DNA from: Octopus sinensis | Lineage: Eukaryota | Direction: 5' to 3' | Length of the DNA stretch: 64,000 bases | NCBI RefSeq assembly: GCF_006345805.1 | Contig: NC_043012.1 | Location: 3,038,001 to 3,102,000 of the forward strand | Shown here: positions 51,077-64,000 of the stretch, piece by piece | Numbering within the stretch: position 1 is the first letter of the stretch | Layout of the letters: each line of letters opens with the position of its first letter | Notes under the pieces: model-generated | Database searches by the model: none | Seen by the model: the letters and a program-made list of their open reading frames with translations, nothing else | Told to the model about the DNA's origin: nothing | Translations under genes and position numbers: made by a program

Positions 51077-51830
51077 TTAAAAGTGTAGGCTCAGTGGTTT
51101 GAGTGTCAGGCTCACAATCGCGAGGTAGTAAGTTCAATTCCCAGGCCAAGTTGTGTATTGTGTTCTTGAGCAAGAGACTTGGATCTTTTCGGTTTGAACG
51201 GCAGTTTTTTCTAGCGGTGTCATATGAAATTGTCACCCATAATTATGACCCTAGAATCGATCTATTGCATTTCAATCTCTTATAAGTGTTAGGGTTAGGG
51301 GTGAGGGAAGGGTATCTTTTTTTCTTCACAAATGTAAATAAACCTAATCTGTTTCTTAAACAAGGGACATATTCATACGGCACAGAATGCTTTTTAACTC
51401 AATAGACGTCACTGATTGGTTGAAATTGCAGAAATTGAAGAAAAAAACAACAACAAATATCTTACAAACTATAGAATTTTTTCAATAAAGCCAAGAGAAA
51501 AAGATGTTTTATAAACACATTCTACCAGTATACGAAGTTTAAAAGTGTTTAGTTACGTGGAAATTATTTTAAAAAACTGCCGTTCAAACCAAAAAGATCC
51601 AGACACTTTCTTTCACTTTGCTCCATTTCACTTAACTGTAGAAATGAGTTGCGATGTCATTGGTGCCAAGCTGTATCAACCTTTGCCTTTCCCTTGGATA
51701 TCATTTATGGCATGGAGAAAAGAGGCTGGTATGCACAGGCAACAGCTGGTCTTACCTGGACTCGTGCCTTGGAAGGTAACTTTCTAGATGCAATCCCATG
51801 GTCATTCATGACTGAAGAGGGTCCTTTAAG
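51077..51830 (+). mobile_element. SINE family D split by the Merlin-type MITE
   Basis: Collinear with the 1662 copy once 51181-51608 is removed. Confidence 0.75.
51181..51600. mobile_element. Merlin-type MITE inserted in SINE family D
   Basis: 30-bp TIRs with 1 mismatch (GGATCTTTTCGGTTTGAACGGCAGTTTTTT); 8-bp TSD AGAGACTT/AGACACTT; removal restores the SINE. Confidence 0.85.
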
Positions 51831-53042
51831 TAACTTAGTGAAGTTCCTTTATATAAACTGTACAGAAATATAGGCCTAGTGGTTAGGGTATTGCACTCAA
51901 AGCAGCAAGGTCATGATTTCAATTCCCAGAGAGGTAGTGTGTTGTGTTCTTGAGCAAAACATGTCATTTTATGTTGTTCCAGTCCACTCAGCTGTAAATG
52001 GGTGACCCTGTGACAGGCTGGCATCCAAATGTTGGGGAATGTAGGTATGCCCAGCTAGCCAGCATGTTGGTTTCATTTGAAAGCTACAGCAATGCAAGGA
52101 AGCACATTGTGACCAGTGGTGTATAACAAGATCTGATCCTCTAGTCAATACAATGATATAGAATGATAGATATATATATATATATATATGTGCATGTGTC
52201 TATTTGTTTGATACATACACACTATAAAGGGTAAAAGGGTAAAGACCTCCTTTGGTCATGAATGTCCATGGGACTGCACCTACAAAGTAGCCCTCTGAGG
52301 CACAAGTCCAGACAAGGTTGTTAATAGAAGACCAGCAGTCACGCATGCATACCAGTGATGTCGCAACTCATTTATACAGCTGAGTGAACCGGAGAAATGT
52401 GAAATAAAGTGTCTTGCTCAAGACCACAACACACAACCCGGTCCAGGAATCAAACTCACTACCTCATGGTTGTGAGCCCAATGTTCTAACCATTGAGCCA
52501 TGCACCTTCACACACACACACATACACACACACACATTATATATTTATGCTGCATCAAGAAAAGGAACACCTAAATGATTGGTATAACAAAGTCACCCAC
52601 CAATACACCCCAGCCTTTGTTCCACAAGCACTCTGTATCTTCTCTCCAGGTTTACTGCTGCTACTGAAATGGCCTCTGCTCCTTGAAGCTAGCTGAGCTA
52701 ATGTCACTTGCACTCGGGCATTTTGGTCCTGCTTTCCTCTTCTCCTCTCATCATTTTTGTCGAGTCTGAACACACACAAATCACTATGTCCAATCCTTCC
52801 TTCCCAGAACTTTTTTCCCTCTAGAATTTCTTCCTGTCTCGTATAGCTTTCCCACAGTTATTGACTCACAAACAAACATTAATGAAATGATATCAGTCTC
52901 ACCAGCTTAAGAGAGTGGGTGAGGCCCATAGACTTTGCCCCAATAAATTTAAAAACAAAAAAGGCACACACAACATTAGTCCATCATGTGCAGCCTGTAC
53001 ATCAGTTTGTATAGCAACCTAACTATGAGAAAAGCATATTAA

Positions 53043-53264
53043 CCCTTTAGCATTTAAACTGACCATATCCAGCCAAAATATATTTATTCTATCTGGTTTA
53101 TGTTGTGACCAGATCTGGCCTCTCACACCTACCCTGCAATGTCATTTTGAAAATAAATTATCACATTATCAAAATCTTGAAGCTATGAGATTATGCATGA
53201 TTAATTCAAAACAATGTGAATAGATAAGAATTACATTTGACAGAGTAAACTGAATGCTAAAGGG
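53043..53264. mobile_element. piggyBac-type MITE family 1 (opposite orientation to 11427)
   Basis: TTAA-CCCTTTAGCATT...AATGCTAAAGGG-TTAT; partial copies near 29370-29520 and 37470-37628. Confidence 0.75.
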
Positions 53265-53605
53265 TTATTTCTTGTCTTAAAACTATATGAAGCTTGGGGC
53301 TTGGCTGGCATTTTCACTTGTGTAACAATAACCAGGCAGAGGTCGGCATATACTGATAGAGACAAGGAGAGAGAGAGAGAGAGAGAGAGAATCACCAAAA
53401 GTGAAATTTTTCTATGAGTCTATGTGTTCATTCTTCCAAGGAAAGCAGTAATTCTGACTAAGAGCTGACTTGGAATTTGATGACATATCCTATATATACC
53501 AACTTGGAAAGTGGACTTGAAACGATAAAGATGATATGTGTGGATATATGCATTAGACATACAGATGTGTGTGTGTGTGTCTGTGTATGTGTGTGTGTCT
53601 GTGTA

Positions 53606-53637
<32 letters not shown>

Positions 53638-53815
53638 TGTGTTATCATCATTATCATCATTTTAACACCTAGTTTTCCATGCTGGCAGAGGTCAATTGTG
53701 AGTACAGTGAGTCAGAGTTTTTGTACAGGTACATGCCCTTCCTGTTGCCAACCCACACTTATTTATAAGTAAGGTAATTATATATATATATGAGTGTGTG
53801 TGTGTGTGTATATAT

Positions 53816-54213
53816 GTAGGAGTGGCTATGTGGTAAGTAGCTTGCTTACCAACCACATGGTTCCAGGTTCAGTCCCACTGCATGGCACCTTGGGCAAGTG
53901 TCTTCTACTATAGCCTCGGGCCGACCAAAGCCTTGTGAGTGGATTTGGTAGACGGAAACTGAAAGAAACCCATCGTATATATATATGTATGTATGTGTAT
54001 ATGTTTGTGTGTCTGTGTTTGTCCCCCCAACATTGCTTGACAACCGATGCTGGTGTGTTTATGTCCCCGTAACTTAGCAGTTTGGCAAAAGAAAGACCAA
54101 TAGAATAAGTACTAGGCTCACAAAGAATAAGTCCTGGGGTCAATTTGCTCGACTAAAGGCGGTGCTCCAGCATGGCCACAGCCACATGACTGAAAGAAGT
54201 AAAAGAGTAAAAA
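53816..54213 (+). mobile_element. SINE family A
   Basis: Homology to other copies. Confidence 0.85.
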
Positions 54214-55009
54214 GAGAGAGAGTATACACACACACACAAACATATATATATGTAAAATCATCTTCATTCATCATTTAATAGCTATGTTCCATGCTGGCTT
54301 GGGTTGGTCAGATTGGTAAGATCTGATATGTCCAAAGACTTCTTTGGACCCCAGCGTCTGCTTTGGTGTGGTTTCTGTGGCTGGACACCTTTGTAACACC
54401 AACCATTCTACAGTGTGTACTGGGTGACTTTCTTGTCATTGCACCAGCGCTATTGAAGTCTTCAAGCTGCCTGTGGGACAAAGACCCCTTTCGATTGATT
54501 GGGGCCATAGTAGAGAGGATGGTAGCTTTATGCTATGGGATGATGGGTTAGTGAGAGGAAAGGGTCCCAGAACATAAAAAGGTTTCTTACTGTAGGGAGT
54601 GGCCAGGCTGGAGCTGGAAAGAGATAAAAACAGAAGTGATGAGGTGTTGAGGTTGGATACCTCAAGATACAAGGTAAATCATGACAGAACAAAAAGTGTA
54701 GATGAGTAGAGGTTGCAAGAGTATAGAGGGGTGTAAGAGATAATTGGAAATAGGGTATAGATGTGGGTTAAATATGATGAACAAGTGGTGAGAAATGAGA
54801 AGTAGTGGAAGAGGAGGTGACAACTGTAGAAATTGGATAGGTTGAGGGGTGAAAAGCAAACAGTAGCATGCACACACACACATGCGTACATATACAGGTA
54901 CAGATGTTGCTGTGTATTTAAGAAGCTTGCTTTCCAACTATGTGGTCATGGTTTTGGGCCGACCAAATCCTTATGAGTGGATGTTGTCGGCAGAAATTGA
55001 AGGAAGCCC

Positions 55010-55225
55010 AACATGGTGGTAAGTGAGCACCATCATCGTACAAGTGAGGCTGTTTGTTTCCAATCTTCCCTGAAAAAATGTGTCTTGTCATGGTGAAACA
55101 TTACCTTACTTGGAAACGGGTGAAGACTGGTAATGAGAAGGGCATCCAGCCAGAGAAGATCTGCCTCAACAAATTCTGTCTGACCAATGCAAGCATGAAA
55201 AATGGATGTTCAATGATGATGATAC
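55010..55225 (+). mobile_element. Family E: related (GAT)n-tailed element with a longer 5' part (copies near 4270, 4860, 24570, 31830, 53645, 61435)
   Basis: GGGAAATATTACCTTGCTTGGAAAC...GGAAGGGCATCCAGC shared among copies. Confidence 0.6.
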
Positions 55226-55231
55226 ATATCA

Positions 55232-55640
55232 GCGCAGGAGTGGCTGTGTGGTAAGTAGCTTGCTAACCAACCACATGGTTCCGGGTTCAGTCCCACTGCG
55301 TGGCATCTTGGGCAAGTGTCTTCTGCTATAGCCCCGGGCCGACCAATGCCTTGTGAGTGGATTTGGTAGACGGAAACTGAAAGAAGCCTGTTGTATATAT
55401 GTATATATATATATATAAGTGTGTGTGTATATGTTTGTGTGTCTGTGTTTGTCCCCCTAGCATTGCTTGACAACCGATGCTGGTGTGTTTACGTCCCCGT
55501 CACTTAGCGGTTCGGCAAAAAGAGACCGATAGAATAAGTACTGGGCATACAAAAAGAATAAGTCCCGGGGTCGAGTTGCTCGACTAAAGGCGGTGCTCCA
55601 GCATGGCCGCAGTCAAATGACTGAAACAAGTAAAAGAGTA
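55232..55640 (+). mobile_element. SINE family A
   Basis: Homology to other copies. Confidence 0.85.
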
Positions 55641-55939
55641 TATTAAGAGATAGACAGATATGTGTATGTTTTTGTGACATACATATATATATCATGGTTC
55701 ACCTATTGCGGTTTACTAATTAAGCTTTTGATTCCTTCATGGTGTTGTTTTGCATTTATAATAAAATATATATATATTAATTATAAAAATAATTTTTTTT
55801 TAAATCTACAGTAGTGTACTGTTTCTACGTCGTGGATTTTCACCTATCTCAGGGGTTTTGGGAATGTAACACCCGTGACAGCCGAGAGATTACTGTATAT
55901 ATGCATGCATATGTTTACATTTAGAGCAAGAGATAGATA

Positions 55940-56011
55940 TGTGTGTTTTTGAGATATATACACACATACACATACACATTTACATATATATATACATACA
56001 CACACACACAC

Positions 56012-56053
<42 letters not shown>

Positions 56054-56099
56054 AAATGTGTGTGTGTATATATCTCAAAAACATATATATACATATATA

Positions 56100-56134
<35 letters not shown>

Positions 56135-56160
56135 TACATATACACACACACTTACATAAA
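55940..56160. repeat. Compound CA/TA/TG microsatellite
   Basis: Direct reading. Confidence 0.9.
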
Positions 56161-56735
56161 CATGCACAAATAAACACTGCAACTTTTCTCAGCATGGAAA
56201 AGTGATGTAATATTACAATAATGACACACACACATACACATACACACACGCATATACATACACTCCCTCACTCACAAACGCGGATATTTCACTAAATTGA
56301 AAGAGATGAAATTTATTTAAATGAATCATTGTTTTTATTAATCATAACCTAATAATAATAATAATAATAATAATAATCTCTCACTGAATTTCCTAAAAAT
56401 CTATTCAATTACAATGTTTGTCATCATTTCCTCCCACTCAGTTTTTTTATATATATATATATATATATACTTAGATTCTTTTTAAAAAAAAAAATCTGTA
56501 ACCAGGACTTGAAAAGTCAGTATTTATCAGAAATTCTTGGCAGAGAAACATGTGTTATGAATAAAGCGACCTTCCCCCCCTCTTTGAAGTATCCCATAAT
56601 GCTTTACTGAAGCTATAGGTTGAGTAAGGAGTGTATGTACATTGTGAGACACAGGCAACATCATCTCTTATATTCTCCAACAATGCTGAAATTTCACTTT
56701 AGCACCACTCCAGGTTAGTAATATATAATAATATA

Positions 56736-56785
<50 letters not shown>

Positions 56786-57183
56786 GAGAAAAGATTTTTC
56801 TTAAAAAACCTCATCAATGTTTTCTCCATTTGTGTACAAGTGTGTGTTTATTGTTGAATGTTATATGAAATTATATATTTTGAATTTAATTGTACACAGC
56901 CTTAGCAACAACAACATTCTGTGTTCAACATGAACACATACTTCTGTTGTTGCATCACCAAATTATTTTCTTTTTAATTAATAGATTTTTATCTAACACT
57001 TTATGTACTCTTCTGCTGTTATTTGTATTGTATATCTGACACTTCCATTTCTTTTTTTCTGTTAGTTTTTTCTTCTTCTTCTTCTCCTCCTCTTTGTTTT
57101 TATAACATAGACCAAATTACATTATTAAACAAAATCCTCATTACTTTTATGCCTTTTTCTTCTGCTTCTTCTTTTTGCTTTAA

Positions 57184-57404
57184 CCCTTTTGTTACCATAT
57201 TTATTTTGAGATGTTCTGTGTTTCTTTCAATTATTTTAAATATAACAAAGAATTTAGTAAAATAACTTAGCTATCATTAAGCTAGTGTTAGGAATATAAA
57301 TTGCAACTAAGGTTTGGTGGTATATTTTGATGCAAAACTTATGAAAACAAGACATTTGTACTACAGAACCAGAAGCGGTTTTGGCCGGGTTAGTAACGAA
57401 AGGG
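57184..57404. mobile_element. piggyBac-type MITE family 2
   Basis: TTAA-CCCTTTTGTTAC...GTAACGAAAGGG-TTAA; degenerate relatives near 3920, 29205, 44643. Confidence 0.75.
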
Positions 57405-57700
57405 TTAAATTGTAGTTAGATTTCAGGAATTTGTTTTCCCTTTTTCTTTCCTTCTTTTTTTTTTTTGTTTCAGTTGGTAGGGTTTTAGTGGTGGGGGTGG
57501 AGGGTGGCAGTTTTTCTTTTTAGTTGACTGTCTTTGTAACATGTCATATCATGTCACACCATCTTCTCCCTATACTTAATATATTTCAAAACAATCACAT
57601 ACACACACTATGTAATGTGTACACACACACACACATATATACATGTGTGTCTATAATATACAATTATGTATGTTTGTGTATGTATATGTCTGGGCATATG

Positions 57701-57740
<40 letters not shown>

Positions 57741-57882
57741 GTGTGTGTGTGTGTTTATGTTATAATAAAAACAATTTTCATAAACTGAAAGATTACTCAA
57801 TACTTTTGGCTAAGTACAAATTTATTATTTTTTAAAAACAATTCTGTTGACAGTAACTTTAAAGTCTCAGCCAGGCATAGAT

Positions 57883-58115
<233 letters not shown>

Positions 58116-59692
58116 GACATGTACACACATTAAAATATACACACTTATAGTGAATACAAGTGTCAGAAATGTATGCAAAAGATTAAAAAAAAGATTTAAA
58201 AAAAAGATAAAGAGAGGGGACTGAGGTGTTGCAGTCGATCAATGATGTTGCTTTAAAACAGGATCCCAAAAGGGCTGTTTATTAATCTCTATCATTACTG
58301 TCACACTGAAGAAGTAAAATAGCCTCTTTTCCACTATTGTTATTGTCACATTGCTCTCTGGTTGGTGTGTGCTAATAATGTTGGGCATTTTCTCTGCAAG
58401 GCACTGCTTCCTTCAGTCTTCAGTCCCTGCTAATTCTGTCTTTTACTTCTTTCTGTTCTGTTTTTTCCCCTTCTTTTGTTCTGAACCTTCTTATTACTGC
58501 CTCTCCTACCCCTTTTTTTTTTTTTTTCTTGCCAATATCTTGTTACTTTAGGCAGGATTTTTTTTGTTTGTTTGTTTGTTTCTCTCAGACAAGTGTGTAG
58601 GGGATAGTGAGAGGAAGGGAGGGAGGCATGGGTAGTGGGGGGGATGGTTATAATGTTTCTTTTAACACAGATCTTGGAATTCTTGCAAAATGAATCTGGG
58701 GGTCCACTTTTGTTTTTCCTGGCAACCAGTCCACCCCACCCCCACTAACCCCCACCCCCACCCGCCAGTTTATTGATTACTTATTAGTGCTCTTGTTAAT
58801 CGTATTAATCTCGATTTTAATTTTTTTTTTAGTTTTGTTTTTCAATGACACCCCACTTCTTTTGTATTTGAATATTCCATGCTGTCAAGCTGACATGCAG
58901 TGATGGTGGTGGGTGGGTGGGGGTGACACCGACAATGATGATGATGATGATGATGATGATGAAAGATGTTCATGTGGATAGGTTTAAGCTATTACATCAA
59001 TAAATATTGCAATGATACAACGGGATGAAGAGTTTGTAAAAATAGTTAAAATCACCAGACGAGTTTTTTATCCTCCCCCCATCAACCCCAATCCCCCCCC
59101 CATCCAGTATTTAGTTTGTAGCTCTTCATTTCTTAACATTGAAACAGCAGCAGCACTAGGGTTAACTAGAGCCGTTGTTTCATCAATCCGGGTGTCAATA
59201 AAATAAGGACCAATGATGATAAAGACAATGTGCCCATCCATTCAGTTCGGTCGTGGTTCTGCTACATCTTCTCCCATGTAAATTGACTTTATTAATTAGT
59301 CAGAGAAAAATAAATGTAATGGACAGGGAGTGAGTGAAAGAGAATTTGAAATAATGTATCAGGACAGGATTCTCTTCCTGGGGTTAAATAAATGTACGGG
59401 GGGGGGGGTTAGGAGAAACATTAAATACACAGCTATGATAAACAAACAAATCTCTGTAACAGAGCTATTTACTAGTCACACTATTTTGCTTTGTTTACAT
59501 ATACATATATAAACACACACACACACACACACACGCATGGACATGCACACACACACACACACACAGATACACACACATTCTTGTGTCTGCTGCCTTTTGT
59601 TATTTGTGTTTGTACTTGTCTGTGTTGCTGTCGCTGGCATTATCACATGAATCAACACATTCGTCATCAGCAACAGCAGCAGCAGCATCCGT

Positions 59693-59695
59693 CAT

Positions 59696-59762
<67 letters not shown>

Positions 59763-59968
59763 TTCATCATCATCTTCATCATCATCTTCATCATCATCAT
59801 CATCATCATCATTATTATTATTATTATATTCATTCTCAATCTTATCAACACTACTACCCTAATAACCATTGTCATTGTCATCGGCATTGGATTTATCAAC
59901 ACTGCTGAGTTAACGACTATTATTGTCATTGTCACTAGCAATATCATCGTTATTGTCATCATCACCGG

Positions 59969-60014
<46 letters not shown>

Positions 60015-60026
60015 TTCATCATCATC

Positions 60027-60079
<53 letters not shown>

Positions 60080-60381
60080 AACCATTATCATCATCATCTT
60101 CATCATCACTGTCATCATCATCATCATCATCATAACCATTATCATCATCATCTTCATCATCACTGTCATCATCATCATCATCATCATAACCATTATCATC
60201 ATCATATTTATCAAAATGTACAAACACCTCTACCATAAGTGAGTCCACATTGTCACCATTACCATTACCACCACCACCACCACCACCACCACCACCACCA
60301 CCACCACCACCACCAACACCACCACCACCACCACCACCAACACCACCACCACCAACACCACCACCAACACCACCAACACCA
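59693..60381. repeat. Long (ATC)n array followed by (ACC)n array
   Basis: Direct reading; source of poly-Ile/Met/Asp/His/Pro ORFs. Confidence 0.95.
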
Positions 60382-61431
60382 CCATCATCATTTTCATCAT
60401 CATCCATGTTTTGTTGTTTATATATTTCTCACTCATATTAATATCAGTTTAATTATTTCTATGGTCTTTTTGTTTTTTGTTGTTTTTTTTAAACATCATA
60501 TCCAACACACACCACCTCCTGCCCTCCACCCCTGCCCACACCCAATATATCAATGTGTAGCATAAACCAATAGCTTTCATGTGTTACCTTCCAGTTATTC
60601 TTCAGTCCCCTTTGAAATGAAGGAGCTAAACTGGTTAAAACCAGTTGGTGAATTTAAAACTTTGCAACAAATATTGTTGTTGTAATCCTTCCAGACAAGG
60701 CACATGACTCTGATTGCCACCACAGGCTTACTCGTCACAGGAAACAAGTGACACTCCTTCCTTTGTACAACTGAATGGTTATGACATAACAAAGCAGTCA
60801 AATGTTTGATAAAATGGATTAGGACTAAACAACACAGTGATCAGTGTAGGCGTGATTGGGTGGTTGAGAAACATGCTTCCTAAATGTGTGGTCTCAGGTT
60901 CTGCTCCACTGAGCAGTACCTTGTGCAAGTGTCCTCTATTATAGCCGCTGGCCAACCAAAGCCTGTAAGTGGATTTGGTAGGTGAAAACTGAAAGAAGCC
61001 CATCATGTGCATGCATGTGTATAAAACCACTGGCCAGAAACATATTTTGTCCAACTCTTTCATCCGTCTATGCTGTTTCATCCAATGGCATACCAACTGG
61101 CTGCATACACTCACTCGCTCATGTACACACACACACATGTACGCAGTCCCATAGGAAATACACTTCTTTTTCTTTCAAATAAACACATTCAAAGCATGCA
61201 ACTGAAACACACCACACACACGTACACACAGGCTGAATTTACTCGAGTAAATAAACAAAAATAATGAGAACAATTATAATAGAATAAATAAATTAATTAC
61301 ATCCTCCGCATACTATGGGATGGAATATAAAAACCACACCACAGATTCGGCAATGAAATAACACATGTACCAGCCCACCTTTGTGCATTAACAGGATATA
61401 TATATAAATCCGTTTTTAGTTCACTAGATTT

Positions 61432-61472
<41 letters not shown>

Positions 61473-61914
61473 AACATCCACTTTTGTATGGCTCGGATGG
61501 CATATATTTCAGGTAAATTTCTTACAGCTGGGGTACTCTTCTTGTTGCCAACCCTCACCTATTTCCAAGCAAGGTAATATTTCCCCATGGCCAGACATAT
61601 TTTTGGAGAATACTGGAAATGAGTGACACTCAATTTACAAATATCACACAATATCAAGAAAAGGAGACTTACACAAACACACAACACATATATATATACA
61701 AGACAGTATTCTTTTAGTTTTTGTCTACCAAATCCACTTACAAGACTTTGGTTGGTCTGAGGCTATAATGGAAGACACTCACCCAAGGTGCCATCCATTG
61801 AGACCACATGGGAAGCAAACGTTTACTTCAGAGCCAAGCTTGCACCTATAACTTCAAATTTCTTCATGATATTACTCTGAACCTTGGAATCCTGTAACAA
61901 CTAAAAGATACTAA

Positions 61915-62135
61915 GAATTTTTTCTACTCTAGGCACAAGGCCCAAAATTTTGGTGGGAGGGCAGGAGGCAGTTGATTAGATCGACCTCAGTATGCAACTG
62001 GTACTTAATTTATCGACCCCGAAAGGATGAAAGGCAAAGTCAACTGCAGCAGAATTTGAACTCAGAATGTAAAGACAGACGAAATACCACTAAGCATTTC
62101 ACCTGGCATGCTAATGTTTCTGCCAGCTTGCCGCC
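61915..62135 (-). mobile_element. SINE family B (further partial copies near 11690, 17810, 18030, 19195, 19378, 29940, 47000)
   Basis: Homology. Confidence 0.8.
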
Positions 62136-63277
62136 TTCAAAAGATATTAAGAATAGAAAGACTTACTTGAGACTAAACAAAAACAAGTTAGCAATACTAT
62201 GTTTTCCAACACACAAGTCTAAATTTTCAGGCCAAAATCTACAGCAAAAAATGGAGGTCAATTTGTACACTAAGATGACTTAGGAAAACCAAAAATTTCG
62301 TGTGAAATGCAGTAGGATTTAGAACAATAGTAACAATGCTTTAATGTTTACACTACATGTTTACTCTATATACTACATTAACTTGTATGTCAGAGAATAT
62401 AGCATTTGTTTCAGTGAGAGTCCTCTGAGTTTTGTCCAAATTCAGGCTTTTCCTTTCTTAATTATTTTACATTAGTTTTTTGTCCTGGGTAATAAGGTTG
62501 TTTAGACAACAGAGTTGAGTGTTTGTTTAGTTTCGTTTTGTTTTGTTTTACATGAGAATTGCTGGAGAACATTGCACCATACTTGAAAGACTGTCTTGAA
62601 GATGGTGTTGTGTGAAAGTAGTATTTATTTCCATCTAGGCTATGTTTGAAGTAAAGAAAGTTTTGTGTGCATTCATTGTCTACAAGGTGCAGCCCTTTGA
62701 TTGTGGCAAGCTTTTTTTAAAACTGCAAATGTCTGTGGCATTGAGTTTAAAAAACATTTGCCATCATAGAAACAATTTACCAATTAAACTAAAACATAAT
62801 AATTACATATTTGTAACGCTACAACAGCAGCTGCTGCTCTGGCATAACCTCTTTGAGGTTATAAACCCCCACAGCCACCATAACCATCCTTGCAATTGCT
62901 TAAATGTTTGAAGCATTGCATTGTTTATAGCAGAAGAGTTGTTTTACAATTTGTTTGGATTATGTCATATCTATCTAAACACAGGAAGTGAAAAGCATGA
63001 TAGAAGACTATAAGTTGTTGAAGAGTAAAAAAAGTGAAAGTTATGAAATGTGCCAAGCCTATATTACTAATGATGCTGTTGATGTTGTTCAATGACTTAT
63101 TTTTAGTTATTATTTGTGAGTGTAAAATGACGCCAATTTCTTTTTATCTACAGTGTCTGTTTCTCATGATGTATTCAACTGGTTATTAATTTAACCCTGT
63201 TTGTTTTTCTTTGTTTTTTGTAAATTGGAATTTTTTTTTCTGTGATACTTATTCATTTCTTATTTATATATTTGCAG

Positions 63278-63615
63278 CCTTAAAGAGACAACAGAGTATG
63301 ACAAATGAACCTGACAATTTTGATTATGAGCTCGCCAAGCCTGTGTTCGATCTGGTTGACACGAGTGGTGTTACCACTGCGAGCCAAACAGATTCTACAT
63401 CAGGCAGTAGTATCCTTGAAGTAGCAACTGTTGAATGCAGCCCAGCCCATGGCCGTAGGGTATCAAATACAATCACTCCTCTCAAACTTCCGGACAACTC
63501 TCCCGGTGGCATGAGAGGACCGATTGCCTCACTGCCCAAACTCCCCGATGGCTCACCATGCAGGGAACGTGACCAGTGTGTCGGTGGAAGTGGTCCTTTA
63601 TCATCCTCATTACAG
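63278..63615 (+). CDS. Internal coding exon (ALKRQQSMTNEPDNFDYELAKPVFD...GPLSSSLQ), probably the same gene
   Basis: tttgcag acceptor, CAG|gtaaga donor, 338 nt open, phase 1 to 0; phase matches the 38187 exon (G|CC = Ala); non-repetitive, GC-richer than flanks. Confidence 0.8.
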
Positions 63616-64000
63616 GTAAGACACAGTGTCATTTGTCCACAATTCTGTCCCCCGCCCCCACTGACCCATTAAAATCTAAAACAATATCCTTTAATGATAC
63701 AAAACACCCCCTCCCATTTCTTATGTCATTAGAATTTAGAAATTTTGCGAGATATGAAATAAACCATTTTCAACAAGGAAGCTTGAATTAGATAAAACTA
63801 TACCTGCACACAGTGTTATCCCCATTGAATCTTTTCCCCACAACATGCCATCCCTTGATCTGTGTACACTCATAATATCTCCCCACCTCCATCTTACGCC
63901 CTCTTTTTGCAATCTCATGAACTCACCCTCTCCAACTTCCAGTCCACCTCCCTATATACACTTCTCTGTAACTTGAGTGAACAGCCCCTGCTCCCCTCCC

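Noticed and set aside
51289-51300. TTAGGGTTAGGG telomere-like motif
   Set aside because: Only two units, inside a MITE; not an interstitial telomere array.
59583-60565. ORFs of 219, 207, 165 and 108 aa (poly-Ile/Met/Asp/His/Pro)
   Set aside because: Stop-free trinucleotide repeats; no splice or domain support.
62556-62615. Protein-like peptide ELLENIAPYLKDCLEDGVV
   Set aside because: Short, ends in a stop, and has no good donor or matching phase.

Overview
AT-rich, repeat-saturated eukaryotic DNA. The repeat inventory (tRNA-headed SINEs, RTE-type (GAT)n-tailed elements, very long microsatellites) is most consistent with an octopus/coleoid cephalopod genome; this is inferred, not database-checked. 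No prokaryotic genes, rRNA, true tRNA genes or CRISPR arrays are supported. Nearly all supplied ORFs are microsatellite or repeat artefacts. A + strand gene is supported by two phase-compatible exons (38187-38337 and 63278-63615, rich in Tyr-x-x-Pro-type motifs), with weaker candidate exons at 21157 and 23870. The rest is intron-like: several SINE families, CR1/L2-, RTE- and L1/Tx1-like LINE relics, hAT/piggyBac/Merlin-type MITEs and a Merlin-like transposase relic. The most striking signal is six hammerhead-ribozyme-like motifs in five unrelated elements: a Penelope-type minimal hammerhead (958-1009), a head-to-head inverted pair with a long helix II (6026-6317), a variant-core motif (18346-18392), a tRNA-headed SINE carrying a hammerhead (23365-23635) and a degenerate type I motif between direct repeats (24994-25053). 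A LINE and a SINE also share a 3' stem-loop with compensatory base changes. All structures were folded and aligned by eye; element boundaries without TSD/TIR support are approximate.
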